Part shown: positions 28,220-38,144 of the stretch, in pieces
Position numbering within the stretch: the stretch's first letter is position 1
Layout: each line of letters starts with the position of its first letter
NCBI GenBank assembly: GCA_038128265.1
Contig: JAYPJE010000004.1
Span: 54,303 to 118,302 of the forward strand
Source of the DNA: Gemmatimonadota bacterium
GTDB lineage: Bacteria > Latescibacterota > UBA2968 > UBA8231
Reading direction: 5' to 3'
Length of the DNA: 64,000 bases
The notes under the pieces: model-generated
What the model was told of the DNA's origin: nothing
Seen by the model: the letters and a program-made list of their open reading frames with translations, nothing else
Databases searched by the model: none
Position numbers and translations under genes: made by a program

Positions 28220-28993
28220 TCAGTATGGTACGCGCCGTAGGTCTTCGTCTGGAATCCCGTGCACCACGTCCTCTGCGCGCAGAACTCGTTCGAGGTCGTA
28301 GCGCTTGTAGCGCAGCGCAATGCGCGACGACCCCTGCTCGATTTCTACCCGTCGCGGCAGCAGCACCTCCCCAACGCGCACGTATTCATCCATGGTGCGT
28401 TCGATTAACCGCATCCCGGACGGCCTTTCTATGCGTTCGCGCAGGACCAGTCCGCGATGCATATCCAGCCATAGGCGACGGCGAACACCCCTTTCGACAA
28501 AGGTCGCGATAGCCCGATCGGCGCGCGGATATTCGATCTCAACTGCGCTGGAATCCACAGCCGGCTCCACTAGACCCAGCAGTGCACGCACCGGCGAATA
28601 GGCACCCAAGTCTATACCCGTCAGCTGCGCCAGCAGCGTTCCGCGCGCAGGCCCCTTCCAAGCGCCGCCGACGGCTGGCCCGTACACCGTCAGGCTATCG
28701 CCCTCTTGGACAGCGGTAAAGACGTGACTGTAAAACGGTCCCCGCACCTCAAAGCGAAATAGTTCCTCGCCCTTGAGCATCACGAGCGCAGTCGCGCGCT
28801 CGCGCAGATCCCCCTGCAGCAGTTCGACGTCCGCCTCCACCGTCAGGTTGTGCAGGGCGCCCAACTCCCCATCCAACAGGCGCCACAGTGCTGGCAAACC
28901 ATCCGCTTGGCGCCAGGTGCGGCGCGCCTCTGGCGGCGGCGCGCAGGCTATGCACACACTCAGCAGCAATAACCCCGGCAGCAGCATCGACAT
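28220..28993 (-). CDS. LolA/LolB-fold lipoprotein (DUF4292-like)
   Basis: Lipobox 'CIAC'; beta-rich body ending 'LPRRVEIE...IALRY'; abuts the TPR gene. Confidence 0.6.
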   Translation of the reverse strand: MSMLLPGLLLLSVCIACAPPPEARRTWRQADGLPALWRLLDGELGALHNLTVEADVELLQGDLRERATALVMLKGEELFRFEVRGPFYSHVFTAVQEGDSLTVYGPAVGGAWKGPARGTLLAQLTGIDLGAYSPVRALLGLVEPAVDSSAVEIEYPRADRAIATFVERGVRRRLWLDMHRGLVLRERIERPSGMRLIERTMDEYVRVGEVLLPRRVEIEQGSSRIALRYKRYDLERVLRAEDVVHGIPDEDLRRVPY

Positions 28994-30886
28994 TTAGTTA
29001 TTTAGCTTTGCGCGCAGAGCGCCGTTGTCTGGATCAAACTCCAGCGCGCGACGCCAATAGCGCTGGGCGTCGTCGCGGCGTCCCTGAGCGTGGGCAATAT
29101 CTCCGGCATGCTCGCATATGACGGCCGCTTCTTCGGCATCGCCTTCGTCCATCCACTCCATAGATTGGGCGAGATATTGCTCGGCCTGATCCAATTCGCC
29201 CAGCTGATAATAGGCCCAACCCAAGCTGTCGAGAAACGCACTGTTCTGCGGTTCGATGGCAATTGCGCGCAGCAGAAGCTCCACTGCTTCCTGCAGATGA
29301 ATGCCCTTCTCGGCATACATATAGCCCAAGTAATTGAGCGCAAAGGCATCTTCTGGATCGGCCTCGATCAGCTTCTGAAACGTTTCTATGGCGAGCCGGA
29401 AGTAGTCTCCGTTCTGCGTTGCACGGGATGCCTGCTCGTAGCAGGCACCGAGGTAAAACAGCACGTTGAAGTCGTCGGCCAGCAGCGGAACGGCCATGTT
29501 CAACTTTTCCAGCGCTTCATCCCAGCGCGCCAGCTGCTGCAGGGCAATCCCCCACTGCAGCCAGACCTGGCCCTCCTGTGGACCGATATGCCACGCCGCC
29601 TCGTACCGCGACAGCGCCTCATCCCAGCGCGCCAGCTGACCTAAACAAATGCCCCAGCGCAGGTACAGTTCGACACTGGGACCAGCCTGCTGTATACCCT
29701 CCCTATAGCGAGCAATAGCCGCTTCCCACAGATCCTGCTGCTCGAGAGCAATCCCCACGTAGTGGTAGAGATCGCTGTTGTCCGGCTGCCGTTCCAACGC
29801 GCCTTCATACACTTCGACCGCACGCTCAAAGCGCCCGTCACGCTCGAGCGCCGTGCCCCAGAACAGGTAGAGATCGCTGCTGTCGGGCATGGCGCTGACC
29901 GCCTGCTGCATCACCGATTCAAGCTGGTCGTAATCCTCGAGATAGACGTAGTAATTGCCCAGGTCAATCCACTCCTCGACGCTGTTTGGCTGCATATTAA
30001 TCACCCGCTTGAACAGCAGGGCAGCCAGGTCTACTTTGCCCGCATCGGACAGCACGACACCCAATCGATAGAGCAAATCGGGCGGCTCTTCGCGGGCAAT
30101 TTCTTCCAGGTCGGGCTCGGCGACAATAAGGCGCGCCAGGTAGTAAAGCGGCAGCGAGCTATCGGGCATTTGGCGCGCGGCATCTCGGTAAATCTGCATC
30201 GCCTGCTGGCGCTGGCCCTGCGACAGCTTGAGCTCGGCCAGCCCCAACCAGGCATCTTCCACTTCGGCATTCTCACTCAGAACACCCAGGTAGACTTCCT
30301 CTGCGCGCGCGCGCTTGCCTATGCGCGTGTAAACCGCCGCGATATCCACTTTAATCTCGGCCGGCGTCGTCGCATCGGCCAAAATAGAATCGAATAGCTT
30401 GGCCACGCGCGGTGCCTGACCCGTTTCCAGATATAGGTAGGCCAAGTGGCGGTACAGGGGCCAGCTCGCCTTCTCGTAGGTGAGCAAGGCCTCTATCTGC
30501 TCTACGGCCTCTTCCTGATCCCCCTGCCGCTCCAGTATCTGGACGAGAAAGCGCCGCAGCGGCACATCGCTCGGGTCGATAGTCAATCCCTTGCGGGCAA
30601 AATGTGCCGCCATTTGCAGGTCGTCGATGCGACGATAATTGTAGGCGAGCTGGGCAAAAATAGTAGCCGAACTCGGATCGAGGTCAGCGGCATTGCGCAA
30701 GGCGACAATTGCACCCATATAGTTGCCCTCTGACTCAAATACCTTGGCGCGGATAAAGTACTGCATCGCCTGGCGGCGCTCCCCTCCGTCGACCTGCTCG
30801 CGCCCCATCGGGCGCAGAGACGCACAGCCCACGCTGAACAGTGCCAGCAGCATTAATGCGTTCGACACGGCGCGCGGTGTCTTCAT
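28994..30886 (-). CDS. Multi-TPR lipoprotein
   Basis: Lipobox 'SVGC', more than 12 TPRs, C-terminal 'ALNYLGYMYAE...FLDSLGWAYY...EHAGD'. Confidence 0.88.
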   Translation of the reverse strand: MKTPRAVSNALMLLALFSVGCASLRPMGREQVDGGERRQAMQYFIRAKVFESEGNYMGAIVALRNAADLDPSSATIFAQLAYNYRRIDDLQMAAHFARKGLTIDPSDVPLRRFLVQILERQGDQEEAVEQIEALLTYEKASWPLYRHLAYLYLETGQAPRVAKLFDSILADATTPAEIKVDIAAVYTRIGKRARAEEVYLGVLSENAEVEDAWLGLAELKLSQGQRQQAMQIYRDAARQMPDSSLPLYYLARLIVAEPDLEEIAREEPPDLLYRLGVVLSDAGKVDLAALLFKRVINMQPNSVEEWIDLGNYYVYLEDYDQLESVMQQAVSAMPDSSDLYLFWGTALERDGRFERAVEVYEGALERQPDNSDLYHYVGIALEQQDLWEAAIARYREGIQQAGPSVELYLRWGICLGQLARWDEALSRYEAAWHIGPQEGQVWLQWGIALQQLARWDEALEKLNMAVPLLADDFNVLFYLGACYEQASRATQNGDYFRLAIETFQKLIEADPEDAFALNYLGYMYAEKGIHLQEAVELLLRAIAIEPQNSAFLDSLGWAYYQLGELDQAEQYLAQSMEWMDEGDAEEAAVICEHAGDIAHAQGRRDDAQRYWRRALEFDPDNGALRAKLNN

Positions 30887-30899
30887 CGAGCGGACCCTT

Positions 30900-31736
30900 T
30901 CACTGGCGGATTGTCTTTGGATCGAGCGCGTCGCGCAGGCCGTCACCGAAGAGGTTGATGGCGAGCACTACGACAAAAATGGCCAAGCCGGGAAACGTCA
31001 TCACCCAGGGCGCATCGAGCAGCAGTTCGCGTCCGCCGGCCAGCATGGCCCCCCATTCCGGCAGGGGCGGCTGCGCGCCTAAACCCAGAAAGCTCAGACC
31101 GGCGGCATCGAGAATGGCCGTCCCTAAACCCAGCGTAGTCTGCACAATAATCGGCGCCATGCAGTTGGGCAATACACCGACCAGCACGATGCGCATCTGG
31201 CTCGCACCCAGCGCGCGCGCCGCTTCGACATAGGCCGTTTCCCGCACTGTCAGCACAGACGAGCGCACCAGCCGCGCAAACTGCGGTATCAGCACAACGC
31301 TGACTGCCATAATGGCGTTGTCGATGCCCGGGCCGGCGACGGCGACGATGGAAATGGCCAGCAGGATACTGGGAAAGGCCAGCAGCAGATCCATAAAGCG
31401 CATGATCAGCGTATCGGCCCAACCGCCCCAATAACCGGCCCACAGTCCCAGCAGCGTACCCACGACCAGCGCCGCGCCTATGGAAGCACCGCCTATGCGC
31501 AGAGAGATACGCGAGCCGTAGATAATGCGGCTCAGTATGTCGCGACCAAAGTCGTCCGTGCCCAGCGGGTGGTCGAGCGAAGGGGGCTGCAGGCGTGCGT
31601 AGAGGTTCTGCTCTAGCGGATCGTGGGGGGCCAATACAGGCGCAAGCACAGCGGTCAACACGAGCAGCACCAGTACGCCCCCACCCGCCATAGCCAGGCG
31701 CTGTTGGCGCAGCTTTTTCCACGTATCACCGAGCAA
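30900..31736 (-). CDS. dppC: ABC peptide transporter permease DppC
   Basis: 'HPLGTDDFGRD', 'YVEAARALGA', 'LSFLGLG...PEWG', 'GDGLRDALDP'. Confidence 0.93.
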   Translation of the reverse strand: MLGDTWKKLRQQRLAMAGGGVLVLLVLTAVLAPVLAPHDPLEQNLYARLQPPSLDHPLGTDDFGRDILSRIIYGSRISLRIGGASIGAALVVGTLLGLWAGYWGGWADTLIMRFMDLLLAFPSILLAISIVAVAGPGIDNAIMAVSVVLIPQFARLVRSSVLTVRETAYVEAARALGASQMRIVLVGVLPNCMAPIIVQTTLGLGTAILDAAGLSFLGLGAQPPLPEWGAMLAGGRELLLDAPWVMTFPGLAIFVVVLAINLFGDGLRDALDPKTIRQ

Positions 31737-31838
31737 AGGGACATCTCCCTAACGGATCTACTGCACGGGTTCGACCCGTTGGCTGCACCGGCCGGCCGGC
31801 CAACCGTGCCCTCCCTGTGCGTTGTCCACCGGACGCAC

Positions 31839-34016
31839 TCACGGAGCAATCCTCAGCACCAGCACCCCCAGCGGCGGCAGCTGCAGCACCGTGGAGGCGG
31901 GCTGGCCGTGCCAGGGTAGCTCTTCGGCAACAAGGGTTCCGCCATTGCCCATACCACTGCCCCCGTAGCAGGTCGCATCGCTATTGAGCACCTCGACATA
32001 ACGACCCGCGCGCGGCACCCCCAGCCGATAGGCCTCGCGCGGGACCGGAGTAAAATTGCATACAAATACAACCTCGTCAGCACCGGCCGCTCGGCGCAGA
32101 AAGGACAGGGTGCTGTGTTCCCCATCGAGGCAGTCGATCCAGGCAAAGCCCTGCGGGTCGGCATCGGCCCGATGCAGAGCAGGTTCATTGCAATAGGCTC
32201 GATTGAGATCGCGCAGCCACTGCTGCACGCCGCGATGGTGCGCCGATTCCAGCAGCTGCCAGTCGAGTGCGCGATCGTGATCCCACTCGTTCCAAGGCGC
32301 CAGCTCGGATCCCATAAAGAGCAATTTCTTACCCGGATGGCCGAACATAAAGCCGTAGAGCAGGCGCAGGTTGGCAAACTTCTGCCAATCGTCGCCCGGC
32401 ATCTTGGCCAGCAGCGACTTCTTCCCGTGCACTACCTCGTCGTGCGAGAGCGGCAGCACAAAGTTCTCGTGGTGGGCATAGACCATGCTAAAGGTCAGGT
32501 CCCCGTGGTGCCACCTGCGGTGGATTGGATCGCGCTCCATATAGTGCAGGCAGTCGTTCATCCATCCCATATTCCACTTGAAGCCGAACCCCAACCCACC
32601 GGCGTATACGGGACGCGAGACCGCGGGCCAGGCCGTCGATTCCTCGGCGATGGTCACGGCACCGGGACAGCGCGCATAGACTACACTATTGAGCTCCTTT
32701 AAGAATTCGATTGCCTCCAAATTTTCGCGCCCGCCGTAGCGGTTGGGCACCCACTCGCCCTCCTGGCGAGAGTAGTCCAAGTAGAGCATGGAAGCCACGG
32801 CGTCGACGCGCAGTCCGTCGACGTGGTAGTGCTCGAGCCAGAACAGCGCATTGGAGAGCAAGAACGAGCGCACTTCGTCGCGCCCGTAGTTAAAGATCAT
32901 CGTGTCCCAATCGGGATGCCAGCCCTGGCGCAGGTCGGCGTGCTCGTACAGCGCCGTGCCGTCAAAGCGCGCCAGACCGTGCGCGTCTTTGGGAAAATGT
33001 CCGGGCACCCAGTCGACGATGACGCCGATATGGTGGCGATGGCAGTAGTCGACAAAGTAGGCGAAGTCACGCGGGCGACCAAAGCGCGCACTCGGGGCAA
33101 AATACCCCGTTACCTGATAGCCCCACGAGCCGTCGAAGGGATGCTCGGCCAACGCCATCAGTTCCAGATGGGTAAATCCCATATCGCGCGCATAGCCGAC
33201 CAGTTGATGGGCCAGTTCGCGCCAATTTAGGCGGCTACCGTCGCCGTTTCGACGCCACGAGCCGGGATGCACCTCATAGATGCTGACGGGACGCTCCACC
33301 CACTGCCCGTCGGCGCGCCGCTCCATCCATTCGTCGTCATTCCAGGTAAAATCGTCGATGTCTTCTACGAGCGAGGCCGTGCTGGGCGGCGGTTCGGCGG
33401 CAAAGGCATAGGGGTCGCTCTTTAGCAGCACCTGGCCAGACGGGTCCAGCAGCTCGTATTTGTAGAGCGCTCCGACCCCGACCTGCGGCAGGAACACCTC
33501 CCAGAGACCGGAATCGCCCAGCGGCCGCATGGGATGGCGGCGGCCGTCCCAGCCATTGAAATCGCCGACCACGCTCACTCGACGCGCATTGGGAGCCCAC
33601 ACGGCAAAGTAGGTGCCGTCTACTCCGTCGACGTCCATCGGGTGCGCACCGAGCAAGCGGTGCGCACCGTGCTGCTTGCCCTCATTAAATAGGTAGCGAT
33701 CCTCTTCGGCCAGCATGGGCCAAAACGAATAGGGGTCGCGCATACGGCGCTGGTCGCCGCCCGGCTCCGTTACTTCCAGTTCGTAGGCGAAGGGCTCCGC
33801 GCGGTCATCTATGGAAGCGACAAACAGGCCCTCAGAGGCAACCAACTGCATCGGCCAACGGCCCGCACCTCCGCGCTCGACTACGGTCGCAGAATCGGCT
33901 CCCGGCAAAAACGCCCGCACCTGCAGAATGCCCTCTGTCTGATGCATACCCAGCACGGCAAACGGGTCGGCGCATTCGGCGCGAAGGATTGACTCGATAG
34001 CGACATTGGACAGCAT
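31839..34016 (-). CDS. glgB: 1,4-alpha-glucan branching enzyme
   Basis: 'FAVWAPNA', 'SWGYQ', 'DWVPGHF', 'RVDAVASM', 'AEEST', 'SHDEVVHGK'. Start placed at ATG 34016. Confidence 0.96.
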   Translation of the reverse strand: MLSNVAIESILRAECADPFAVLGMHQTEGILQVRAFLPGADSATVVERGGAGRWPMQLVASEGLFVASIDDRAEPFAYELEVTEPGGDQRRMRDPYSFWPMLAEEDRYLFNEGKQHGAHRLLGAHPMDVDGVDGTYFAVWAPNARRVSVVGDFNGWDGRRHPMRPLGDSGLWEVFLPQVGVGALYKYELLDPSGQVLLKSDPYAFAAEPPPSTASLVEDIDDFTWNDDEWMERRADGQWVERPVSIYEVHPGSWRRNGDGSRLNWRELAHQLVGYARDMGFTHLELMALAEHPFDGSWGYQVTGYFAPSARFGRPRDFAYFVDYCHRHHIGVIVDWVPGHFPKDAHGLARFDGTALYEHADLRQGWHPDWDTMIFNYGRDEVRSFLLSNALFWLEHYHVDGLRVDAVASMLYLDYSRQEGEWVPNRYGGRENLEAIEFLKELNSVVYARCPGAVTIAEESTAWPAVSRPVYAGGLGFGFKWNMGWMNDCLHYMERDPIHRRWHHGDLTFSMVYAHHENFVLPLSHDEVVHGKKSLLAKMPGDDWQKFANLRLLYGFMFGHPGKKLLFMGSELAPWNEWDHDRALDWQLLESAHHRGVQQWLRDLNRAYCNEPALHRADADPQGFAWIDCLDGEHSTLSFLRRAAGADEVVFVCNFTPVPREAYRLGVPRAGRYVEVLNSDATCYGGSGMGNGGTLVAEELPWHGQPASTVLQLPPLGVLVLRIAP

Positions 34017-34023
34017 GAAGTGC

Positions 34024-35889
34024 CTAGTGATGATGGTGATCGTGTTGGTGACCGGGAGATGCTGCAGCGTGCGCATGACCACAGCCGCACTCGTCGGCGT
34101 CGCCCGCCGCTTCGGCGTGATGGTGGTCGCCGTGATCGTGCTCGTCATCGCCGCCGGAAAACACTTCGCCGACAAAGGCACGCGGCCCCATGCGAACGAG
34201 AGAGGCTAAAAATAGCACGCCGAGCGCGACGGCACAGAGGCCCTGCCAGCTGTACCATTCCAGTGATTCACCCGCACTTAGCGACGGCGCGTTGACGGTG
34301 GGCAACAGCGCATTAACACCCCATCCCAGCACAATCGCCAACGCCATAATGGCTGCGGCAAAGGCGAGGGCTAAGTGGCGCCCGTGCAGGCGCGAGAGCA
34401 GGCCAAAGGTCGTCAGGTTAGTCGCCGGTCCCGTGAGCAAAAACGCCAGCGCGGCGCCCGGCGAAACGCCTTTATACACCAGCACAGCCGCCAGCGGCGT
34501 TGCGCCCGAGGCACAGACGTATGTTGGCACGCCAAGCAGCGCGAAGAGGGCCACTTCCGCTACGGCCGGCACGGCCATCAGCCATTCGGCACTCAGCAAC
34601 GAATCGGCCAGCGCAGCCACGCCAAGACCCAGCGCAATCCACGGCGCCGTATCGTCTACGACTTCACCCAGACCGGTCTGCATACTACGCGACAGGCGTG
34701 CGCGCAAATCAAGCGACGGTCGCGGTTCAGCCTCCTCTGGGCTATATGGCATGGAGGTCTGCGCCCAGCGGCCAATGCCCCAACCAATGCCCAATGCAAC
34801 AAGCGCTGCACAGCCCACGCGCACCAAGGTGAATTCTCCACCCAGCAGCGGCAGCGATATCAGCACGGCATCTATACTCAGCTCGGGCGTAGCCACCAGA
34901 AAGCTCAGCGCAGCAGAAACCGGCACGCCCTGGCCGACCAAACTGCGATAGACGGGGACCACACCGCATGAGCAAATGGGTAGGGGCAAGCCGAAGGTAG
35001 CCCCGCGCACAGCCTGCGATAGATGACCTCCGCGCCCCATCCACGCCAACGAGGCCTTTGGCATAAACTCGTATACCAAACCCGCTGCCACATAGGCCAG
35101 CAGCAGGGCTGGTGCACTCTCCCAGACGAGGCGCAGCAGGACATGACCCGCCTCGAGCATCCTGGGGTCCAAGTGGTCTGCCGCCATAAAGGAGAGCAGC
35201 GCCAATCCGCCGACCGCGCCCAGGCCCGCGTGGCGCCGGCGCGCCGACGGCGAAGACGACGACTCGGCGATGGGATAGGATCGATGGACTACTACGTGCA
35301 GCAAGGTACCGGCTACCAGCGCCTGAAACAGGCCGCGACCGTCGTTGGCCATGCCCCCAATCGCTGCTTCGCCGAGGGAAAAACCCAACACGGTCGCCAC
35401 GCCGATCAACACCAGCGTTGCCAGCGCCAGGGGCAAGCCGTATACGGGTCGAATGAGAAACCAGACCATCAGGCCCACCGGCAGGCGATGCAATACGACG
35501 GCCATGGGCAACATATGCTCGCCGCCGTGCGCGTGTCCCCCCTGTCCCAGCGCCAATCCATCCGTAAACGCATGTAGACCAATGCCAGCCAGCGCCAACA
35601 GCAGGGCGACGGCATGCGCCTGACGGGCGATCCTGCCCAGCCGGTGCTCAACGAGACCGGGGCCCAACAGCCCGAGCGCCAACGCGGCAAAGGCCGGCCA
35701 GCCGGCCAAGTGATAGGTCTCTGGAACGATGTGGATAAAGACGAGTCCACCAATCGTTATAAACACAAACCCATCCAACGCAGCCAGCATTGATCCGGTT
35801 ACGCGTGCCAGCTGGTGTAGCACGGGCCCCACGGCCAGCACCAGCAGACTCAGCACCAATAGGTAGACTTCGGTATGTTCGCCGTGCAC
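34024..35889 (-). CDS. Metal permease: ZIP-like N-domain fused to a DUF318/ArsP-type (SO_0444-like) permease, with a His-rich tail
   Basis: 'HAFTDG' and 'LHRLPVG' (ZIP-like); '[10 protein letters not shown]', 'YVCASGATP' and 'GPATN' (DUF318); tail 'HDHGDHHH...CGCGHAH...HQHDHHHH'. Confidence 0.8.
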   Translation of the reverse strand: MHGEHTEVYLLVLSLLVLAVGPVLHQLARVTGSMLAALDGFVFITIGGLVFIHIVPETYHLAGWPAFAALALGLLGPGLVEHRLGRIARQAHAVALLLALAGIGLHAFTDGLALGQGGHAHGGEHMLPMAVVLHRLPVGLMVWFLIRPVYGLPLALATLVLIGVATVLGFSLGEAAIGGMANDGRGLFQALVAGTLLHVVVHRSYPIAESSSSPSARRRHAGLGAVGGLALLSFMAADHLDPRMLEAGHVLLRLVWESAPALLLAYVAAGLVYEFMPKASLAWMGRGGHLSQAVRGATFGLPLPICSCGVVPVYRSLVGQGVPVSAALSFLVATPELSIDAVLISLPLLGGEFTLVRVGCAALVALGIGWGIGRWAQTSMPYSPEEAEPRPSLDLRARLSRSMQTGLGEVVDDTAPWIALGLGVAALADSLLSAEWLMAVPAVAEVALFALLGVPTYVCASGATPLAAVLVYKGVSPGAALAFLLTGPATNLTTFGLLSRLHGRHLALAFAAAIMALAIVLGWGVNALLPTVNAPSLSAGESLEWYSWQGLCAVALGVLFLASLVRMGPRAFVGEVFSGGDDEHDHGDHHHAEAAGDADECGCGHAHAAASPGHQHDHHHH

Positions 35890-36058
35890 GTATCTCTAAC
35901 AGAGCTTAGGGTAGCGGCGCCTTGCGCGCCTTTGGCAGGCTTTTAAAATAAGGTAATTTCCGCAAAGTCCCAAGCCGAGGACTTGCCCGAGGCACTAGCT
36001 ATCATTTTTATTTATCTATAACTTATAGCAAATTCCAACCGGATCAGAACTAGCGCCA

Positions 36059-37390
36059 TTGAAATCGCATATCCGCAGCGGCTGGGGGCTCTATCCGCAA
36101 GTCGAGACGCGCGTCGTTCGCGCACACCAGGCCGACGATCTGGCCCGCGCCCACCCGCACACTTCCCTGCTAGCGCAGGGCAGCTGCCGCTCCTACGGCG
36201 ACGCCTGCCTGTCGGAGCGTGTGGTATCGACCGCTCCCCTGCACCACCTGCTCGAGTTCGACGCCGAGCGCGGCACCGTGCGCTGCGAGGCGGGCATCAC
36301 CCTCGACCGCCTTATCGCCTTTATCGCGCCGCGCGGCTTTTTTTTGCCGGTGACTCCGGGCACAAAATTCCCTACGCTGGGCGGCTGCATTGCCGCCGAC
36401 GTGCACGGCAAGAACCACCATAGCGAGGGATCAATTGCCCACTTTGTCGAAGAAATCGAACTCGTACTAGCCGACGGCTCGCTGGTGCGCTGTGCGCCCA
36501 CTGAGCGCGCTGACCTATTTTGGGCTACGGTCGGCGGCATGGGCCTGACCGGTGCAATGTACGCCGCAACGCTGCGCCTCAAAAAGGTAGGCTCTTCCTA
36601 CATGCGCACGCGCACCGTCAAAACGCGCAACTTCGACGAACTGTGCCAGATTTTTGAGGAAACACAGGACCGCTACACCTATTCAGTCGCCTGGGTGGAT
36701 AGCCTAGCCAGCGGAGCCCACCTCGGACGCAGTTCGCTTATTCTCGGCGAGCACGCCGACGCCGATGGAGCCCCACCCGCAGCCCCTTTCAAGGTGCACG
36801 GCAGCGGCGGCCCCAGCGTTCCGTTCTTCTTTCCCAGCAGAGCGCTAAATGGCCTGACTATGCGCGTATTTAACGCGCTGGTCTACCACCGCCAGCTCCG
36901 CCGCGAATGCGATGCCGTCGTTCACTATGACCCCTATTTTTACCCGCTGGACTTCGTGCGCCAGTGGAACCGCATCTACGGTCGCCGCGGCTTTCTGCAG
37001 TACCAGTTTGCCGTGCCCTTTGACGGCGGACGGGCGCTGATGTCGGATATTCTGACCCGCATTGCCCAACGCGGCGTCGCCTCGTTTCTCACCGTGCTCA
37101 AAACGCTGGGCGCCGAGAGCGGGGGCCTGCTTTCCTTCCCCATGCCCGGCTACACCCTAGCGCTCGATATTCCGCTGCACGACCGGAGCATTATCGCATT
37201 CTTAAACGAATTAACTGGGCTAGTCGTCGGCGCCGGCGGACGCATTTATCTGGCCAAAGATGCCATTTTGCAGCGCGCTGACTTTGAGGCCATGTACCCG
37301 CGGCTAGCCGAGTTCAAACGCATAAAGCGCGCCTGCGACCCGCACGGCCGCTTTCGCTCACTGCAATCCGATCGATTGGGAATAACGTGA
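36059..37390 (+). CDS. FAD-binding oxidoreductase, DprE1-like
   Basis: 'RSYGDA', 'PVTPGTKFPTLGGCIAADVHGKNHH', 'GFLQYQF', 'GYTLALD', 'GRIYLAKD'. Confidence 0.88.
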   Translation: MKSHIRSGWGLYPQVETRVVRAHQADDLARAHPHTSLLAQGSCRSYGDACLSERVVSTAPLHHLLEFDAERGTVRCEAGITLDRLIAFIAPRGFFLPVTPGTKFPTLGGCIAADVHGKNHHSEGSIAHFVEEIELVLADGSLVRCAPTERADLFWATVGGMGLTGAMYAATLRLKKVGSSYMRTRTVKTRNFDELCQIFEETQDRYTYSVAWVDSLASGAHLGRSSLILGEHADADGAPPAAPFKVHGSGGPSVPFFFPSRALNGLTMRVFNALVYHRQLRRECDAVVHYDPYFYPLDFVRQWNRIYGRRGFLQYQFAVPFDGGRALMSDILTRIAQRGVASFLTVLKTLGAESGGLLSFPMPGYTLALDIPLHDRSIIAFLNELTGLVVGAGGRIYLAKDAILQRADFEAMYPRLAEFKRIKRACDPHGRFRSLQSDRLGIT

Positions 37391-38127
37391 AAAAACGCGC
37401 ACTCATTCTCGGCGCCAAATCGGCAATCGCCCGCGCCGTCGCCCGGCGCCTGGCCGAAGAGGACTACGACTTCACCCTGGCCGCGCGCCAGGTAGAGACG
37501 CTACAGCCCTTTGCCACCGACCTAGCGCTCCAGCGCGGGTGTCAGGTCGACCTGTTGGAATTCGACGCCTTTGACGTTGCCGCACTGGAGGAACTGCCGC
37601 AGCGCGTCGAGCGCGCATCCGGCCCTTTCGAGCTCGTCGTACTGGTCTTTGGCTACTTGGGTCAGCAGGCGGAAACGGCCCGCAGCACAGGGGAAATGCT
37701 CAAGGTGCTCAACGCCAATTTTACCAGCGCCGCCGTGGCGGTGGGCCACTTGGCCAACTACCTCGAACAGCGCGGGCATGGCGGCCTGATCGGCATCGGT
37801 TCTGTGGCCGGCGACCGCGGCCGCCAGAGCAATTTTTTCTACGGCGCCGCCAAGGGCGGGCTGGCCCTATTTCTACAGGGCTTGCGCAATCGCCTAGCCC
37901 CCAAAGGCATCCACGTCCTAACGGTCAAACCCGGCTTTGTCGATACGCCAATGACCGAGGGCCTGGACGGCCTGTTCTTAGTGGCCAAACCGGAGAGGGT
38001 CGCCAACGACATCGTGCGCGCCTACAAGCGGCGCAGGGACGTGCTCTACACGCCATTTTTTTGGCGCTGGATTATGCTGATTATTCGCAGCATCCCCGAG
38101 CGCCTCTTCAAAAAGTTGACGCTGTGA
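37387..38127 (+). CDS. Short-chain dehydrogenase, DprE2-like
   Basis: 'GAKSAIA', 'SVAGDRGRQSNFFYGAAKGG', 'KPGFVDTPMT'; GTGA overlap with the DprE1-like gene. Confidence 0.88.
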   Translation: MKKRALILGAKSAIARAVARRLAEEDYDFTLAARQVETLQPFATDLALQRGCQVDLLEFDAFDVAALEELPQRVERASGPFELVVLVFGYLGQQAETARSTGEMLKVLNANFTSAAVAVGHLANYLEQRGHGGLIGIGSVAGDRGRQSNFFYGAAKGGLALFLQGLRNRLAPKGIHVLTVKPGFVDTPMTEGLDGLFLVAKPERVANDIVRAYKRRRDVLYTPFFWRWIMLIIRSIPERLFKKLTL

Positions 38128-38144
38128 GAGCGAGTCAACAGAAC

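Noticed and set aside
31766..31780. GGGTTCGACCC as a tRNA T-arm remnant
   Set aside because: There is no acceptor, D or anticodon arm around it.
34017..34181. Thr/Ile-rich N-terminal extension of GlgB, suggesting overlap or frameshift fusion
   Set aside because: It is an alternate-frame reading of the permease His-rich tail. GlgB homology begins at ATG 34016.
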